64,000 nt of DNA, from positions 819-64,818 of the forward strand of contig JAUHZF010000008.1 of NCBI GenBank assembly GCA_030426145.1, read 5' to 3'. Source of the stretch: Polyangia bacterium. Its GTDB lineage: Bacteria > Myxococcota_A > Polyangia > Polyangiales > Polyangiaceae. Under the pieces are notes generated by a model, which made no database searches, was not told the DNA's origin, and saw only the letters and a list, made by a program, of their open reading frames with translations. A program made the translations under genes and the position numbers. Below, one piece after another: positions 25,725 to 35,348 of this stretch (positions are counted from its first letter, which is position 1; the number at the start of each line of letters is the position of its first letter).

Positions 25725-28477
25725 CCACGGCGACCGAGGCAGACGAAGCACCCGGCGTGCAGGCCGCCCACATGGCCCGGCGGTCGATCGACCGCGCCCT
25801 CAGGCGCGTGCGGGACATCCCGCTCACCTTCGATCGCGACGCGGTCGGGACGCGCCTTCATCGGTCCATCCAGTGCCTCTACGCCGTCATCGATAGCGAG
25901 GTCACATCACGTGTGCACTACGATGGGCTCTCCGAAGCCAAGAAGCTGGCGGAGGAGTGCCGCGCGCTCCTCCTCGGCGCAGGGAACCCCGACGAGGTCC
26001 CCACGCTGGACGAGGTCGTGGACACCCTGGCATTGGCGACCTCGGGCCTCGCACTGGGCGTCGATGCCGTGGCCCAGATTCAACTGGCGCGGCGCCTCGA
26101 GCTGCACGCCGGGCGTCGACCCGATGGCCACGCGGAGCTGAGACCCCTCCGAGCCTCGCAGGGCATGCCGGAGCTTCACACCGTGGAACGCGAGCCGCTC
26201 GTCTCGGAGATATCCGTGGCTCCCGTGGTCGCCATCAAGGCCCCCCAGCCCGTCCCGCACGTCATACCGCGGCCGACGTCATTCGAGGCGCTGGAAGCCT
26301 TCGTGAAGGCGGGAAGCAGCGGTGAGCTGCCGGGTCAGGCCGATGAAGAAGAGGTGCAGGGAGCGACGGCCATCGTCGCTCCACGATATGCCTTCACCCC
26401 TGCCGTCGCCGAAGCCGAGTGCGTTCGACGCCTCGCCCGCGACTTCCTCGAGAATGCCGCCATCGGACGGGACCTGCGAAAGCCCAACGCCATCGAGAGC
26501 TGGCGCGACCAGGGCCCGTTCGAAGCTCGTCTGTGCCATCAGGTCGATGCCTTCGCGTCGCTCGGCGCCTCCGCACTCCCGCTCGTCAGCCTCTACTGCG
26601 AAGAGATGGACGGCACCGACCCGGGGCGCGCCTTCGCCGCAGCCCTGACGCTGGGCAGCATCGAGGGGCAAGATACCGTCGACACCGCCATCGCCATCCT
26701 GCGCTCGAGTCAGCCCGAGACCTTCCCCGGCTGGCGTGAGGGGTTTGCGCTCGCCCCCAGCCCGAGCATCGACATCGCGATGGGCGAGCTCTGTCGCGAC
26801 GAACGCCCCGACCTGGTCGCCTTCGCCCTCGACGTCCTCTGCGACCGAGGCCGACTTCCCGACGACGTCCTCCGACCACTCCTTCGGCGTGAGGAACCGG
26901 TCGTCGTCTCGGCCGTGGTTCGGGCGCTCGGTCACGGCCTGCCCCAGGACGAGGCTCGGGCAGCGCTCGAGTCGCACCTCGACACCGACGGCAGCGAAGA
27001 GCTCGCGACGGCCGCTCTCAGCTCCCTCGTTGTGCGGGACACCCGTACTGCTCGAAGCCGGCTGCGTCGCGAGCTGGAAGCCCCATCCCCGCGCGTGGCT
27101 TCCCATGTAGCCGCCTGGCTCCTGTGTCTCGCCGGCGACGGCTCGGACCTCGACATGTTGCTCGCCGTCGGTCGTTCTGCTCCACATGCGCGCCTTCTCG
27201 CAGGCTTGGGACGACATGGACACCCAAGCGCGTTGCCTTTTCTCGCTTCCCAGCTCCACCGAGAAGACGAAGAGCTCGTGGCCGCCGCCGCCGAAGCCCT
27301 GGAGCGGATCACGGGCGCCGGTCTGTTCGAGACGGTCGAGGAGCCCTGGGAGATCGAGCTCCCTCCCGAAGCCGAAGCGGCCCTGGTGGTCCCCATTCCC
27401 ACCCGCAAGGTGCGCAGGGTGATCACGGACCCCGACGTGTGGGATCGATGGTTGCGAGATCACCCCATGGCCCCTGGGCAGCGGCACCGGGGCGGGCGCC
27501 CGTTCCACCCATCACACATCATCGACGAACTGGAGAGTCCGCAAACTCCCCCCGAACGGCGCCACGAAGCCGCTTTGGAGCTGCGCATCCATGGGTGTGA
27601 GGTCCCGTTCCGACCGGACGACTGGGCGGCACGGCAGGCGACGCACCTCGTCGACGCACGGGCTGCCATCGAGACACATGGGCGCGAGGGCGGGAGTTGG
27701 CATCACAGCCTCGCGGTCCCGCACCACGTTGAGATCACGACGGAAGCCAAGGACCCTCTGATGGGGACCATGATGATGTCGTCGTTCTCCATGCCAGACC
27801 TCACGTCGTTGCCATTCGCTGGCGCGACGGATCCGGCGACCCTGCCCGTCGATCCCGCGGAGGAACCGCCACCCTCGATCGACCTCGGCCAAACGCTGCC
27901 CCCATCGACAGCGCCACGCAAGCCCGACGCCCCCGTCAAGCCTGCGATGCCGTGGGAAAATCCGCCGGCGGGCCAACCGCGGCCTGCCACCGCGGGCGAG
28001 CCTCCGGCCGTGTCCACCCGAGAGCCTCAGGCTGAAGCGGCACCAGCGTCCCAACCCGCACTCGACCCGCTGCTACAGACCGTGATGTCGGACTCGGGGG
28101 CGGTTGCGCGCGCTGCACTCCCGTTCACCAGCGATGGCCCGCCTGTGCCCCCACCGGCGGAGCCCGCGGCCCCGCCTCCGAGGTTGGACGGCACCATGAT
28201 GTCTACGCCGAGCCCGATAGCCCAGGCCGCGACGCCCTTCTCCACGCCCAAGGGCGACGCTCCCAAGCTCACCCTCGACTGGTACGCCTGGTTGAGCGTG
28301 CGCGAGTCGCTAGGCGCGCAGCTGTTCCAAGAGGCCCTCGAACGTTGCGGCATGCGGGACATCCGGGTGTGGTTTCGCGAGAAGCGGATCTGGCAGCAAC
28401 GACTGGCGACCAACCCCGACGAGGCCCAGCGCCTCGAGCGCTTCATGGCGCACTATCGGGCGCAGCTCGGAGGCTGA
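25721..28477 (+). CDS. Large HEAT-like repeat protein (TIGR02270-like) with a Pro-rich disordered region and a C-terminal LxL...W-x6-W module
   Basis: The start MTTATEADE at 25721 is an ATGA overlap with the previous stop. Blocks FEARLCHQVDAFASLG, PVVVSAVVRALGHG and AAAEALERITGAG resemble the TIGR02270 HEAT-type family (from memory). A Pro-rich tract spans residues ~720-860. Confidence 0.7.
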   Translation: MTTATEADEAPGVQAAHMARRSIDRALRRVRDIPLTFDRDAVGTRLHRSIQCLYAVIDSEVTSRVHYDGLSEAKKLAEECRALLLGAGNPDEVPTLDEVVDTLALATSGLALGVDAVAQIQLARRLELHAGRRPDGHAELRPLRASQGMPELHTVEREPLVSEISVAPVVAIKAPQPVPHVIPRPTSFEALEAFVKAGSSGELPGQADEEEVQGATAIVAPRYAFTPAVAEAECVRRLARDFLENAAIGRDLRKPNAIESWRDQGPFEARLCHQVDAFASLGASALPLVSLYCEEMDGTDPGRAFAAALTLGSIEGQDTVDTAIAILRSSQPETFPGWREGFALAPSPSIDIAMGELCRDERPDLVAFALDVLCDRGRLPDDVLRPLLRREEPVVVSAVVRALGHGLPQDEARAALESHLDTDGSEELATAALSSLVVRDTRTARSRLRRELEAPSPRVASHVAAWLLCLAGDGSDLDMLLAVGRSAPHARLLAGLGRHGHPSALPFLASQLHREDEELVAAAAEALERITGAGLFETVEEPWEIELPPEAEAALVVPIPTRKVRRVITDPDVWDRWLRDHPMAPGQRHRGGRPFHPSHIIDELESPQTPPERRHEAALELRIHGCEVPFRPDDWAARQATHLVDARAAIETHGREGGSWHHSLAVPHHVEITTEAKDPLMGTMMMSSFSMPDLTSLPFAGATDPATLPVDPAEEPPPSIDLGQTLPPSTAPRKPDAPVKPAMPWENPPAGQPRPATAGEPPAVSTREPQAEAAPASQPALDPLLQTVMSDSGAVARAALPFTSDGPPVPPPAEPAAPPPRLDGTMMSTPSPIAQAATPFSTPKGDAPKLTLDWYAWLSVRESLGAQLFQEALERCGMRDIRVWFREKRIWQQRLATNPDEAQRLERFMAHYRAQLGG

Positions 28478-28485
28478 CGGTCGAC

Positions 28486-28674
28486 CTAGCCCAGCAACGG
28501 GGCGAGCTCGTACTCGAGGCTGTCGGCGATGGCGATGACGTCGGCGCGCTGCTGGGCCGACGTGATGGTCTCGGCGACGGCGACGAAGCGGGCGCGACGT
28601 GCAGGATCCTGCTCGAGCATGATCACCTTGCGCAGGGCATCGATGACCGCGACCAGCTGCTCGGAGGCGGCCAT
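28486..28674 (-). CDS. Small hypothetical protein (62 aa)
   Basis: MAASEQLVAVIDALRKVIMLEQD... has strongly GC-biased third codon positions. The longer 117-aa form would overlap the upstream gene and begins with Cys/Trp-rich junk. Confidence 0.45.
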   Translation of the reverse strand: MAASEQLVAVIDALRKVIMLEQDPARRARFVAVAETITSAQQRADVIAIADSLEYELAPLLG

Positions 28675-28744
28675 GCGTCGACCGCGCCGGTGGTCTAGCG
28701 CGCAGGCGTGAACGATCTCGAGCAACTCCAACGAGGTTTTCCCT

Positions 28745-31687
28745 TCAACGGCGCAAGCGTTCGCGGCGCACGCGCACCCGCCACCGATAGTTCGGAGCAC
28801 GGCCGAGCTCCAGCACCACGTCGGAACCGAGAGGCCCACTCAACCTTCGGCGCGCCTCCTCCAGCGTGCGCACCGGCGCGCCGTTCGCCGAGAGGAAGCG
28901 ATCACCGGGCAAGATCCCCGCCCGCTGCGCCTCGCCTCCGTACGGCACGTGCTCGAACACGATGTGCCGCTCGCCGCTCACCACATCCGACGCCAGCGTC
29001 ACCGCCAGGCTCGCTTGGCTGCGTACCCGCGTGGTGTCCACGTCGGGGTCCTCCTCGAGCTCGATGGGCACGCCCTTGAGCTCGCGTCCGGCAGTGATGC
29101 TCACCGTGACCCCGTTGCGCCCGTAGCCGACCTTGTAGGCCTGGATCTCGAACCGGCCCGGCTCGAGGTCGGGCAGCAAGAACCGCCCCTGCGCGTCGGT
29201 CTCCACCACCCCGAGCGGCAGACGCCCCAACGGCAAGAAGGTGGGCACCCGGCCTGGCGCCACCCGCGCCCCTTGGATCGGCTCGTTGTCGAGGTCGCGC
29301 ACCACGCCGCTCACCGAGCCGCCCTCCATCATCTTGATGCGGCCCAGGTCTACGTCGCGGCGGCCGTCACCCTCCACCTCGACCAGCACCTCTTGCGGCA
29401 CCAGACCGCTCTTCGTCACCAGCAGACGCGCCGGTCCCATCGCGAGGTCGTCGATGCGGAAGCTGCCCTCGGCGTCGGTCCGCGCGCCGCGATCGCCGGT
29501 GGCCGTGAGCAAGGTGATCTCCGCGTCCTCCACGTAGCCCCGAGACGTCTCCACCACCCCCACCACGGTCAGGCCCGGTCGCATCGACAGCTCGAGGATG
29601 GCGGGGGCCCCGTCGACCTCCTCCACCAGCGGCGCCCAGCCTCGTCGCCGCGCGATGACCCGAAGGGGCAACCCGCGTCCCCCGTCGAGCACCGCCTCGC
29701 CACGTTCGTCGGCGAAGAGCGTCTTGACCAACACCTCCTTCGCCTCCAGCGACGAGACGTGGATCTCAGCGTCTTCGATCGCGAAGCCGCGATCGTCCAC
29801 CACCCGCACCGTCACCCCTTCCCGGGGTTCGCCGAGAACGATCTCCACTTCGCGCCGCTCGTCGGCTGGTACCTCGAAGGTCTCGCGCGCCACCACGTGC
29901 TCGATGGCCTCCATGCGTGCGACCGACACCGTCACCTGCGCCGGCAAGGCCGCAAAGGCGAAGGTCCCGTCGTCGGACGTGAAGGTCACCCGGCCCAGCG
30001 AATGCGTCGCCGAGTCGACCTCGATGCGGGCCCCCGGCACTGGGGTGCCATCCTCTTCCACCACGCGTCCCTCGAGGATGCCGCCCTTGCGCATGACGAC
30101 CTCGATCTCCGCCTCCCCCCCCGACGCGAGGTCGACCGCGTCGGTCACGGTCATCACGTAGCTCGGGTGCCGAGCCACGATGCGCACCTTGCCTGGCGTG
30201 ACTGGGGTGAGCGAGAACTCGCCCTTGCCGTCGCTCATCCAGGCCCCGTCCGTGCGGTCGGTGCGCGTCACCACCACCGGCCCCGACCCCATCGGGATGT
30301 CGGGCACGATGGGCATCACCCCGAGCTCTCCCGCGGGAATGAGCGGCGAGGGTCCCGGTAGCGCCGACGCAAAGTGGTCGTCGCGAAAGGCCGACAACTG
30401 GCTCGAGTCGACGATGGGCATGCCCGCGGTGTCGACGCCGACCACCTCGAGGGAGACGCCTTCGACGGGGAAGCCATCTTCGTCGACCGTGCGCCCGAAC
30501 AGCCGTCCGCCACGCTGCAGGGCGATGGTCACCTCGGCCTGGCCCGGCTCGCGCGGAACCGCGCTTCGAGCCACGTAGCCATCGGCGCGGGCCGAGATGG
30601 TCGCGCCGTCGCCGAGCGTGGGGCCCAAGATCACGTGGCCACTCGCGTCGGTGCGCCCGTACCTCGGGAACGACGAGATCCCGTCTTCGACCAGCGCGAC
30701 GTCCGCGTCGGCGATCCCCTTGGCGTCGTCGCCTTCGCCGTCGGTCACGTGCACCGTGACCCAGCTTCCCTGCTGCAGCGCGACCGTCACCGCTTTGCGC
30801 TCGCCCTGCTCGAGCATCACGCCGGTCTCGGTATCGCTCACCATGTCGCCCCGCTCGGCGCGCACGTCGTAGAACCCGCGGGGCAAGCCGCTGATCACCA
30901 CCATACCCTGCTGGTCGGTCGTCGCCTTGCGCGCCGGCCACAGACCCGAGCCCGCGACCACCACCGTGGCCCCCGCCGCCGGTCCTCCCAGCGGCTCGAG
31001 CACTTGCACCTCGAGCCCGCCCAAGCGCAGCAGCTTCACGAAGAGCGGCGAATCCTCACCGTAGAGCTCGTCGAAGAAGGCCCGGTCGTAGCCGGGCGCC
31101 GTCACCTCCACCGCGTAGGGCCCGCGCTCGGGCAGCCCCGCAAACTTCGCCAGACCAGTGCCGTCCGTCGTGGTCACGAAGGGCAGCGGGTCGCGGCTGT
31201 AGAGCGTCACGCGGATCCCCTTGATGGGTCGCTGCAGGGGGTCGACGACCACGACCTCGAAAGACGCGGCGGGCGAGAGCTGCACCTCCAAGCGCCGCTC
31301 CCCGGGGGAGAGCACCATGTGGCTGCTCGCGCGCGACTGGCCCTCCTTTTCCACCAGCACCCAGGTCTCGCCCTCGGCCAAGGGCGTCACCTTCGCGACG
31401 CCGTTGCCGTCGGTGTAGGCGTTGCCGGCGGGGATCGCGCGCCCGCCCACCAGGGTGTAGACCTGCACCCGAGCCCCCACCACCGGCTGTCCGTCGCCGT
31501 CGACGACCCGAGCGAGCAGGCTCGCGTTGCGCTCGAGATCAGGCGGGAGCGCCCCGCCCGGTGACAGATCCGGCGCGAAGAGGGCCCGGTCGGAGGTGTC
31601 CCGCAGCGTGACGCAGAAGAGCAGACACACCGCGGCCGCCACCATCACGATGGCCCGCATCAGCGGCGTCATGGAGGTGGTGGACAA
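28745..31687 (-). CDS. Membrane-anchored protein with multiple carboxypeptidase-regulatory-like (CarboxypepD_reg) repeats and a C-terminal PDZ domain
   Basis: N-terminal TM segment (AIVMVAAAVCLLFCV). At least 8 repeats of the G(R/T)VVDxxGxPVxGAxV type. PDZ-like end: GGEAQRAGILPGDRFLSANGAPV. Confidence 0.85.
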   Translation of the reverse strand: MSTTSMTPLMRAIVMVAAAVCLLFCVTLRDTSDRALFAPDLSPGGALPPDLERNASLLARVVDGDGQPVVGARVQVYTLVGGRAIPAGNAYTDGNGVAKVTPLAEGETWVLVEKEGQSRASSHMVLSPGERRLEVQLSPAASFEVVVVDPLQRPIKGIRVTLYSRDPLPFVTTTDGTGLAKFAGLPERGPYAVEVTAPGYDRAFFDELYGEDSPLFVKLLRLGGLEVQVLEPLGGPAAGATVVVAGSGLWPARKATTDQQGMVVISGLPRGFYDVRAERGDMVSDTETGVMLEQGERKAVTVALQQGSWVTVHVTDGEGDDAKGIADADVALVEDGISSFPRYGRTDASGHVILGPTLGDGATISARADGYVARSAVPREPGQAEVTIALQRGGRLFGRTVDEDGFPVEGVSLEVVGVDTAGMPIVDSSQLSAFRDDHFASALPGPSPLIPAGELGVMPIVPDIPMGSGPVVVTRTDRTDGAWMSDGKGEFSLTPVTPGKVRIVARHPSYVMTVTDAVDLASGGEAEIEVVMRKGGILEGRVVEEDGTPVPGARIEVDSATHSLGRVTFTSDDGTFAFAALPAQVTVSVARMEAIEHVVARETFEVPADERREVEIVLGEPREGVTVRVVDDRGFAIEDAEIHVSSLEAKEVLVKTLFADERGEAVLDGGRGLPLRVIARRRGWAPLVEEVDGAPAILELSMRPGLTVVGVVETSRGYVEDAEITLLTATGDRGARTDAEGSFRIDDLAMGPARLLVTKSGLVPQEVLVEVEGDGRRDVDLGRIKMMEGGSVSGVVRDLDNEPIQGARVAPGRVPTFLPLGRLPLGVVETDAQGRFLLPDLEPGRFEIQAYKVGYGRNGVTVSITAGRELKGVPIELEEDPDVDTTRVRSQASLAVTLASDVVSGERHIVFEHVPYGGEAQRAGILPGDRFLSANGAPVRTLEEARRRLSGPLGSDVVLELGRAPNYRWRVRVRRERLRR

Positions 31688-31710
31688 GCGACTCGCAACA
31701 GCCCCGGGGG

Positions 31711-32961
31711 TTAGCCGTGAGCCTCGATGACGGCGCGGATCTCTTCTTCGGTGAGGATGTGCTTCTCACCCTTGGCCCGTTCGAGGATGGCCTTCACCAG
31801 GCTCTCGCTCGGCTCGATGCCCTTCTCTCGCAGCCAGTAGTTCACGTTGGAGGCCCCCGACATGTAGCCGATGCAGATCTCCTGCTCGCGCCCGAACATG
31901 CCCGCCGGCACGCCGGAGTAGACGCGGTCGGCGAGCCAGTTGTCGTCCTTCTTCTTCGCTTTGATGATCGCCGACGCGTGCACGCCGGTCGCGGTCCGGA
32001 AGGCGTCGCGACCCACCAGCGGGTAGTTGATGGGGATGTCCCACCCCGTACCCTGCGCCGCCACCGTGCAGTATTGCAGCAGCTTCGAGAGATCCTGGTT
32101 CTCGAGGTAACCGAGGAGCTTGAGGTTCAGCAGGATGAGCTCCATCGGTGCGTTGCCGACCCGCTCTCCGATCCCGAGCGCGCAGCCGTGCACGCGGTCG
32201 GCCCCATGCTCGAGCGCCCAGAGGGCATTCTCGAGCGCGAGGCCGCGGTCGTTGTGACCGTGCCAGTCGATGCCGACGTCGGCCCCGGCGCCCACGACCA
32301 CGCTCTTGGTGAACTCCACGAGGTTGCGCACCCCGTCTGGCGTCGCGTGACCGACGGTGTCGCAGAGGCACAGCCGCGAAGCGCCGTGATCGATGGCCAT
32401 CTTGAACAGCGTCGCGAGCACCTCGGGCCGCGACCGGGTGGTGTCTTCGGTGACGTAGGCGACCGGGAGGCCGGCCTTCACGCCCACGTCGATGGCCTCC
32501 GCGCTGCGCTTCACGATCGTCTCGACGTCCCAGTTCTCGGCGTACTGCCGGATGGGGCTCGATCCGATGAACGTGTAGATCTCGACCGGCATGCCCGCCT
32601 TTTGTGAGATCTCGATCATCGGCGTGATGTCGCCGACCACGGTCCGGCCTGCGCAGGCCACACGGATGTTAAGCTTGTGGTCGCTGATCTCCTTGCACAT
32701 CCGCAGCACGTCGTTGAACGCGCGCTCAGACGAGCCGGGCAGCCCGATGTCGGCCACGTGGATCCCGATGTCGTTCATCAGGTGGAGCAGCTCGAGCTTC
32801 TGGTCGATGTTCGGATCGTCGACCGACGGGTTCTGCAGCCCGTCGCGCAGGGTCTCGTCGAAGAACTCGAAATTCTGAGGGATGATCCGGCCCTTACGAC
32901 CGAACTCATTCCAGTCGAAGATGAGCTCGTCGTGGGGCATGTTGCCGCCCTGGTCAGCCAT
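31711..32961 (-). CDS. LeuA-family (2-isopropylmalate / homocitrate synthase-like, HMGL-like) enzyme
   Basis: FFDETLRDGLQ, DTVGHATP, HGHNDRGLALENAL, GIGERVGNAP. Confidence 0.85.
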   Translation of the reverse strand: MADQGGNMPHDELIFDWNEFGRKGRIIPQNFEFFDETLRDGLQNPSVDDPNIDQKLELLHLMNDIGIHVADIGLPGSSERAFNDVLRMCKEISDHKLNIRVACAGRTVVGDITPMIEISQKAGMPVEIYTFIGSSPIRQYAENWDVETIVKRSAEAIDVGVKAGLPVAYVTEDTTRSRPEVLATLFKMAIDHGASRLCLCDTVGHATPDGVRNLVEFTKSVVVGAGADVGIDWHGHNDRGLALENALWALEHGADRVHGCALGIGERVGNAPMELILLNLKLLGYLENQDLSKLLQYCTVAAQGTGWDIPINYPLVGRDAFRTATGVHASAIIKAKKKDDNWLADRVYSGVPAGMFGREQEICIGYMSGASNVNYWLREKGIEPSESLVKAILERAKGEKHILTEEEIRAVIEAHG

Positions 32962-33051
32962 GGTTCCAGTATAGGTGCCTGTCGTCCCCTAGACCATAGG
33001 CCCCGCGGGAGCCTTGAGACGATCGGGTGATGGCGCTACGCCAGGGCTTCG

Positions 33052-33849
33052 ATGAAGCAGTACCTGGATCTGGTCCGTCACGTCCTCGAGCACGGTGAAG
33101 AGCGGGACGACCGCACCGGGACCGGAACCCTCAGCTGTTTCGGCCTCCAGTGCCGCTACGACCTACGGGAAGGCTTCCCTCTGCTCACGACCAAGAAGGT
33201 GCTGTTCAGCGCCGTGGTGCGCGAGCTCCTGTGGTTCCTGCGCGGCTCGACCAACATCCACGACGACCTGGCCGAGCACACCCCCATCTGGAACGCCTGG
33301 GCCGACGACAACGGCGACCTCGGGCCCATCTACGGCGCACAATGGCGCAACTGGGGCGGCCGCGACGGCAAGCCCGGCATCGACCAGATCGCGCAGGCCA
33401 TGCAGATGATCCGCGAAGCCCCCCAGTCGCGGCGCATCATCGTCAACGCCTGGAACGTCTCGGCCCTCGACGAGATGGCCCTGCCGCCGTGCCACATGAT
33501 GTTCCAGTTCTACGTCTCGACGAAGGAGCGCCGCCTCGACGTGCAGCTCTACCAGCGCTCGGCCGACATCGCCCTCGGCGTGCCCTTCAACATCGCCAGC
33601 TATGCGCTGCTCCTCATGATGATCGCACAACAATGTGAGCTCACCCCCGGGGTGCTCGTGCACACCTTCGGCGACGCCCACATCTACAAGAATCACATCG
33701 AGGGTCTGAAGAAGCAGCTCGAACGCGACCCCAAGCCTCTCCCCAAGGTCACCGTGGCCCACAAGCCGCTCGACGAGCTCACCTTCGACGACATCACGCT
33801 CGAGGGCTACGAGCACCACCCCTTCATCAAGTTCCCGATCGCGGTCTGA
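33052..33849 (+). CDS. thyA: Thymidylate synthase
   Basis: [59 protein letters not shown]. Confidence 0.97.
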   Translation: MKQYLDLVRHVLEHGEERDDRTGTGTLSCFGLQCRYDLREGFPLLTTKKVLFSAVVRELLWFLRGSTNIHDDLAEHTPIWNAWADDNGDLGPIYGAQWRNWGGRDGKPGIDQIAQAMQMIREAPQSRRIIVNAWNVSALDEMALPPCHMMFQFYVSTKERRLDVQLYQRSADIALGVPFNIASYALLLMMIAQQCELTPGVLVHTFGDAHIYKNHIEGLKKQLERDPKPLPKVTVAHKPLDELTFDDITLEGYEHHPFIKFPIAV

Positions 33850-34346
33850 TGAAGCTCGAGCTCGTGGTGGCCGCCGACGAAGAGCGCGGCATCGGCAAGG
33901 GTGGCGACCTCCCGTGGAAGCTGCCCGGTGACATGGCCTTCTTTCGACGGCTGACCACCGGCGACGGCGACAACGCCGTCATCATGGGGCGCAAGACCTG
34001 GGACTCGATCCCCCCCCGCTTCCGGCCCCTGAAGAAGCGCCGCAACATCGTGCTCACCCGCCAAGACATCGACTTCGGCGACGGCGTGATCAGCGCCAGC
34101 AGCCTCGATGAGGCCCTCGCCGCCGCGGAAGGAGGCCACCGCTGCTTCGTCATCGGTGGGGCCGAGATCTACCGACTCGCACTCGCCCACCCTCACGTCG
34201 GTGTCGTGCATCTCACCGAAGTGGAGGGCGCGTTCGGCTGTGACACGTTCCTGCCCGCCTTCCCGGCGTGCTTCGCCTGCGTCGAACGGGGCGACCGCCA
34301 GGAAGACGACGGCACCGGCTACCGCTTCACCCGCTGGGCAAGCTAG
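33849..34346 (+). CDS. folA: Dihydrofolate reductase
   Basis: IGKGGDLPWKLPGDMAFFRRLT, VIMGRKTWDSIP, FVIGGAEIY. TGATG overlap with thyA. Confidence 0.95.
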   Translation: MKLELVVAADEERGIGKGGDLPWKLPGDMAFFRRLTTGDGDNAVIMGRKTWDSIPPRFRPLKKRRNIVLTRQDIDFGDGVISASSLDEALAAAEGGHRCFVIGGAEIYRLALAHPHVGVVHLTEVEGAFGCDTFLPAFPACFACVERGDRQEDDGTGYRFTRWAS

Positions 34347-34370
34347 CCCCACCCCGTTAACCTCGGGACC

Positions 34371-35348
34371 ATGGCTTCCTGGCGCACCCCGATCGTGCTC
34401 GGCCTCGCATTGGTGGGGGTCGCGGGACAAGCCTGCTTGGTGGAAATCCGCGACCTGCGGGCCGTGGCCGACGGCGGTGGCGGCACCGGCACCACCACCA
34501 GCGCTGGCGGCGACATGGCCGGCGCCGGTGGCGACGAAGGCCCATGCCCGCCCGACATGGTGCACGTCAGCGATCCCGACGACGGGCTCATCGACTACTG
34601 CATCGACCGGTTCGAGACGACCACGCGCGAGCACGACATCTTTCTCCTCGAGGTGCAGGCCGGCAACGTCACCCCCGAGCAGCCGAGCCCGGCCTGCGAT
34701 GGCAACGAACGACTGCGTCAGGTGGGCAACTTCTGCCCCGATGGCCTCAACGACGCAGACCTCGCCGTCAACTGCGTCGATTGGTGCGACGCCTATGCCT
34801 ACTGTGCCTACAAGGGCAAACGACTCTGCGGCGCCATCGGCACGGGGGGTCCCGTCCCCATGAATGGGCCCTTCCCCGGCAGCATCACCGACGAATGGGA
34901 GTACGCATGTAGCGAGGGCGGCCGGCGCAACGTGCCGTACCTCGCCGACAACGTCACCCCCGATGCGGACGACATCTGCAGCTGCCACTTTCCACGCCAT
35001 TGGGAACCTTGCCATCCCGATGCCACCGAGTGCGCGATGTGCGAAGGCGCAAGCTCCAGCAACAACGCGCCCGGCCCCTCCGACGGCTATCCCTCCTGCG
35101 AGGGAGGCTACCCGGGCTTGTTCAACATGGTGGGCAACGTGGGCGAATGGACCAACCGCTGCGATGGAGAAGGCCCCGACGCGCTCTGTGTCACCCGCGG
35201 CGGCAGCGTAGGTTCGGGCGGCGACTACGAGTACGACGATTGCAACCGCAAGGGCCGCCAACAGCCTCGCCAGGACAACCTCGCCGACGACGACAATACC
35301 CAGTGGCGCTTCTACCTCGGTATTCGCTGCTGCAAAGACGCCAACTGA
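34371..35348 (+). CDS. FGE-sulfatase / SUMF1-family domain lipoprotein
   Basis: Signal peptide with Cys (GVAGQAC). VDWCDAYAYCAYKGKRLC, MVGNVGEWT, and a C-terminal LGIRCC. Confidence 0.8.
   Translation: MASWRTPIVLGLALVGVAGQACLVEIRDLRAVADGGGGTGTTTSAGGDMAGAGGDEGPCPPDMVHVSDPDDGLIDYCIDRFETTTREHDIFLLEVQAGNVTPEQPSPACDGNERLRQVGNFCPDGLNDADLAVNCVDWCDAYAYCAYKGKRLCGAIGTGGPVPMNGPFPGSITDEWEYACSEGGRRNVPYLADNVTPDADDICSCHFPRHWEPCHPDATECAMCEGASSSNNAPGPSDGYPSCEGGYPGLFNMVGNVGEWTNRCDGEGPDALCVTRGGSVGSGGDYEYDDCNRKGRQQPRQDNLADDDNTQWRFYLGIRCCKDAN

Noticed and set aside
12651-28477. A complete T6SS locus or a mobile genomic island
   Set aside because: No hcp, tssA-M or clpV genes and no integrase, transposase, tRNA or flanking direct repeats were seen. 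I therefore call it an orphan cargo island of unknown mobility.
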